NCBI GenBank assembly: GCA_964036045.1
Contig: OZ038378.1
Span: 7,316,001-7,380,000, forward strand
DNA length: 64,000 nt
Reading direction: 5' to 3'
Origin: Eutreptiella sp. 'Long Island Sound 2002'
Taxonomy: Eukaryota > Protista > Euglenida
Notes under the pieces: model-generated
Told to the model about the DNA's origin: nothing
Database searches by the model: none
The model's input: only the letters and a program-made list of their open reading frames with translations
Translations under genes and position numbers: made by a program
In this document: in pieces, positions 61,103 through 64,000 of the stretch
Layout: each line of letters begins with the position of its first letter
Numbering within the stretch: position 1 is the stretch's first letter

Positions 61103-62548
61103 GCAGAGGTTTCATGGCTAAGGGCTCGCAGATAGGAGGAGGTTGCCAAGTAAGCTCGGAAGCAGAGTTCATCAGCACCAGTGCCTGCAGCCAAAGGGCA
61201 ACGTACGTTGTTTGGAATGCTCACCTCCAATTCTACTTCCAGTTCTAGTTCCAGCCCCAGTTCTAGTTCTAGCTCAAGTTCCAATGTTGAAGCCCAGCCC
61301 AAACCTCAACCCAAACCCCAACCCCAACCCCAACCCAAACCTAAGCCGACGAAACGCAAACCTAAGCCCTAGCCCAACCCCGCGGAACCACTCTCCACTG
61401 AAAGAGAGTACACATCGGTAGAGTGTGAGAGGGAGAACAAGAAGACAGAGGATGAGATTTTGGAGTACCTTCTTGCCGTGCTAAGAATTTGGCACACCCT
61501 TTGCACCTCGTTTATGACCTAGTGGTGGGTGAAACGCTGTAAGTCCATCTGTGTGCGTACCTAGGTTGCACGTATGGGTGCGGATGCAGAAACCTTGGAG
61601 GAATTTGGGATGAAGTACTGGCACCCCGAGCTCCTCAACTGTGAGTCATTGTTTCGATTTTTTTTGGATGAAACACACCCCACAACCCTAACCCGCAGAG
61701 AGTGGTGCTTTCATGTCTCGCACTGAAGGGTGTTTGGAGCTTGCTTGGCGGCAGAGTGTTGCCCGTGTTCGCGCATGCCCGAACCATGTTGTTCAAGAGA
61801 TTTGATGGGCCGACAGGTTGAATCCTTTTAACCATTGTCCCCATTTGCCATTCTTTATGACACATTTCACAGACTCCATGCCCATCAGTTCCATTGGTAG
61901 GATATGGAGTGCAGACCTATGGAATCCTAAGTATGCGTCGCATGTTTACAAGGTGACTGTTGCCGTTGATATGTTGGGCAACATTATATGGATTTGCCCC
62001 TTGGCCCCCGGGACATCAGCCGATGTTTTGATTTGGGATGGGTATGGACCTTCTCGTACCCGAGGGGATTTCTTTGATTTCGGAGTGGGGGCCATGATGG
62101 TGCTTATAAAGGCCAGATTCATGTCATTGTGCCATTCATTGGAAGAAAGAATGGCACTTTGATAGCCCGCCAACAATCTTATAATGACGTGCACGGGTGG
62201 TACAGGGCACGCAACGAGCAGTTGTTTGCTCGGTTGTGGCATTGGGGTTTGGTTTGGAACATGCGGCGTGGCGGTCCCAATGAGTTGCACGAGTCAGTTC
62301 GTATTTTGTTGCATTTTACGCAATTTTGCATTCGCGGGCAAGTCTGTCACCCCCCCTATGGACCATGGGAGCATGTCCCGCCTCATGTTTGGACTGACCA
62401 CAGCAACTCGGCCACCATGCAAGATGAGGCAGAGGATGAGGCAGAAGTGTGTGTGTTGTGTTGTCAGAAGCGCTCCACCGTCACAATTTGTGATGAGTGT
62501 AAGGAATGTATTGACACCCACACTTGTGGGAGCAATGTTGTTTGTTAA
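61103..62548 (+). pseudogene. PIF/Harbinger-ISL2EU-type (DDE_Tnp_4-like) transposase, intron-containing and decayed
   Basis: Motifs HFTDSMPI (first D), KYASHVYKVTVAVDMLGNIIW, PGTSADVLIWD, HDGAY (second D, restored by one G at 62087-62091) and WYRARNEQLF (E). Ser-rich/PQPK N-terminal linker and C-terminal CxxC...CxxC. Probable short introns near 61530-61563 and 61641-61698; stops at 61133, 61151, 61370, 61520, 61803. Confidence 0.8.
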
Positions 62549-62849
62549 GTACAATACAAATGACAGTTGGAGTGGTTGAATTCACAGCTATTGCTTTATT
62601 ATGCAACGTGCTTTGTAGGGAAGGTGTGCAGTGCAACGTGGTCTACTCGGGGAGCTTATCCATGAGAGGGCAAATCTGGGGCTGAAGTTGGAATAGTTAA
62701 TAGAAAAGGAGCGCACCGGGCAAACACTCCCCCAAGGCATCGAGAAGCACCGGTTCACCGATCCATATTTGCGAATGCCAAAGGCCGCGTTTCTTTCATT
62801 GATGTATCGCATGCCGTTCCACTGATTGACGCTTCCGAAGCGCCCCTGC

Positions 62850-63869
62850 ATGCGGCTGTTGGTATTGAACCTGCAGCTCCTGCCCCCAGGGTGCTCCACA
62901 ACAGGCAACAATCACAAGGATGCACGGCTGCAGTACTTCTGCACACACATCCTCCCGCAGTATGATATTGTATGCCTGTCGGAGGTGTGGAAAGTCCACA
63001 CTGGTGTGTCCCTTCCAGGCGCGGCTTGGAACCGTCGTGAGCAGTTGGTCTGCAGCGCCCAGAGATGTGGGTTCGGGTACAAAGTGGTGTCCAGTCCGCC
63101 CCCGTTGTGTTGTGGCAAGTTTGTGGATGCTGGATTACTGATCTTGTCTCGGTTTCCCATTGAGCACTCCATTCACATCAACTTCCAGCACTTGGGGTGT
63201 GGGGTCGAAAGATTTGTGGCAAACGGAGCCCAATATGCTAAGATCTGCATTGGCACCCGTGCGCTGCACCTCGTGAACACCCACCTGCAAAGCGACCAGG
63301 TGACGCGTGTCCGAGAGCGTGATTCTGGCACTGATGCGCGCCAGGCACAGATCAAGGAAGTCTGGGACCTTGTTCAGCAGGCAGCTGTGCCACCAGAGGA
63401 GCTGCTGTTGCTGGTAGGAGACTTGAATGTGGATGCCCATGATGCCCACAAGGGCCCTGGCACTGGCCATGCCCCCGGCTCTGCCCTCAACGGCACGCCA
63501 TCCCCTTGGCCTGAACGGCAGGAGTACTTGGATATGATTGCCCTGTTTCACGCACAGGATTTACTGGCAGAAGACGGCAGGCACCCGGTGACTCTGGGGG
63601 ACGTCAAAGTGGAGGCCGATGGGACTACTTTGCCGGCGGAATGTGTGTTGACCTGTGCTGACGACAGGCTCTCCAACCAGTCTGTAGACCATGTGTGGCA
63701 GCTGTATCACGAGAGCACGGGCAGCGACGCCCTGGCGGTGGTGGACACACAGATCCGGGAATTGAGGGTTGAGGGAGTGGCATTCACGCAACTGTCTGAT
63801 CACTATGGCATTGAAGTGCGTCTCACGCACGCTCATTCCGCAGCTGCCACGGTGCCCAACAGCAGTTGA
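62850..63869 (+). CDS. endonuclease/exonuclease/phosphatase (EEP) fold protein, neutral sphingomyelinase / ISC1-like phospholipase C
   Basis: Uninterrupted 339-aa ORF with EEP motifs LNLQLL, DIVCLSEVW, DAGLLILSRFPI, VNTHLQS, LVGDLNVD, SVDHVW, LSDHYGIEV. Substrate assignment is inferred from motif style only. Confidence 0.85.
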   Translation: MRLLVLNLQLLPPGCSTTGNNHKDARLQYFCTHILPQYDIVCLSEVWKVHTGVSLPGAAWNRREQLVCSAQRCGFGYKVVSSPPPLCCGKFVDAGLLILSRFPIEHSIHINFQHLGCGVERFVANGAQYAKICIGTRALHLVNTHLQSDQVTRVRERDSGTDARQAQIKEVWDLVQQAAVPPEELLLLVGDLNVDAHDAHKGPGTGHAPGSALNGTPSPWPERQEYLDMIALFHAQDLLAEDGRHPVTLGDVKVEADGTTLPAECVLTCADDRLSNQSVDHVWQLYHESTGSDALAVVDTQIRELRVEGVAFTQLSDHYGIEVRLTHAHSAAATVPNSS

Positions 63870-63910
63870 CACCGTGGGGGCTGGCAGCGGTCACGAGGTG
63901 GCCAGGAAGA

Positions 63911-64000
63911 GGCATGGTACGGTATGGTATGGTATGGTATGGTATGGTATGGTATGGTATGGTATGGTATGGTATGGTATGGTATGGTATGGTATGGTAT
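63911..64000. repeat. (GGTAT)n microsatellite running off the window
   Basis: 16 perfect GGTAT units from 63921, preceded by GGCAT and GGTAC variants. Confidence 0.98.

Noticed and set aside
4868-61522. Alternative genetic code (UAG/UAA = Gln)
   Set aside because: The 604-aa Gag ORF, the EEP ORF and all host exon models are Gln-rich yet contain no in-frame TAR. TGA stops at likely Arg positions also occur, which fits C-to-T decay better.
62850-63869. APE endonuclease of a LINE with a microsatellite tail
   Set aside because: Motifs are sphingomyelinase-like (GLLILSRFPI, NTHLQS), and the ORF stops with no RT downstream.
1-64000. tRNA, rRNA or snRNA genes
   Set aside because: No T-loop or cloverleaf or conserved rRNA tracts were recognised by eye; a tRNAscan-SE or Infernal run would be needed to exclude them.

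Overview
This is repeat-rich eukaryotic (protist-type) nuclear DNA with GT-AG introns. The repeat families and a spliced-leader-like motif suggest a euglenid (Eutreptiella/Euglena-like), but that assignment is from memory and unverified. Left end (1-10 kb): a putative 2.9-kb LTR abuts a minus-strand LTR-retroelement body. That body has a very large coiled-coil Gag (about 1160 aa after repairing two compensating 1-nt indels), a zinc knuckle, one in-frame UAG and a retropepsin; no RT is present in the window. A decayed pogo/Tc5-type transposase follows. 17.7-22.5 kb: a minus-strand multi-exon gene for a coiled-coil protein with ubiquitin-interacting motifs. 30-51 kb: a plus-strand gene of at least 9 exons for an unknown coiled-coil protein of about 675 aa. 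Its introns hold dispersed repeats, microsatellites and two internally deleted Sola1-like transposons with TIRs and AWWT target duplications. 51-62.5 kb: decayed transposon ORFs (possible MULE remnant; intron-containing PIF/Harbinger-ISL2EU-type DDE transposase), a TTA-flanked MITE-like element and a 105-bp minisatellite. Right end: an intact uninterrupted EEP-fold (neutral sphingomyelinase-like) ORF, then (GGTAT)n. Mobile-element ORFs repeatedly carry stops that are one C-to-T change from CAG, CAA or CGA. I found no rRNA, tRNA or CRISPR features. Exon models were built by hand from splice dinucleotides and phase consistency; repeat boundaries are approximate unless TIR/TSD positions are given.
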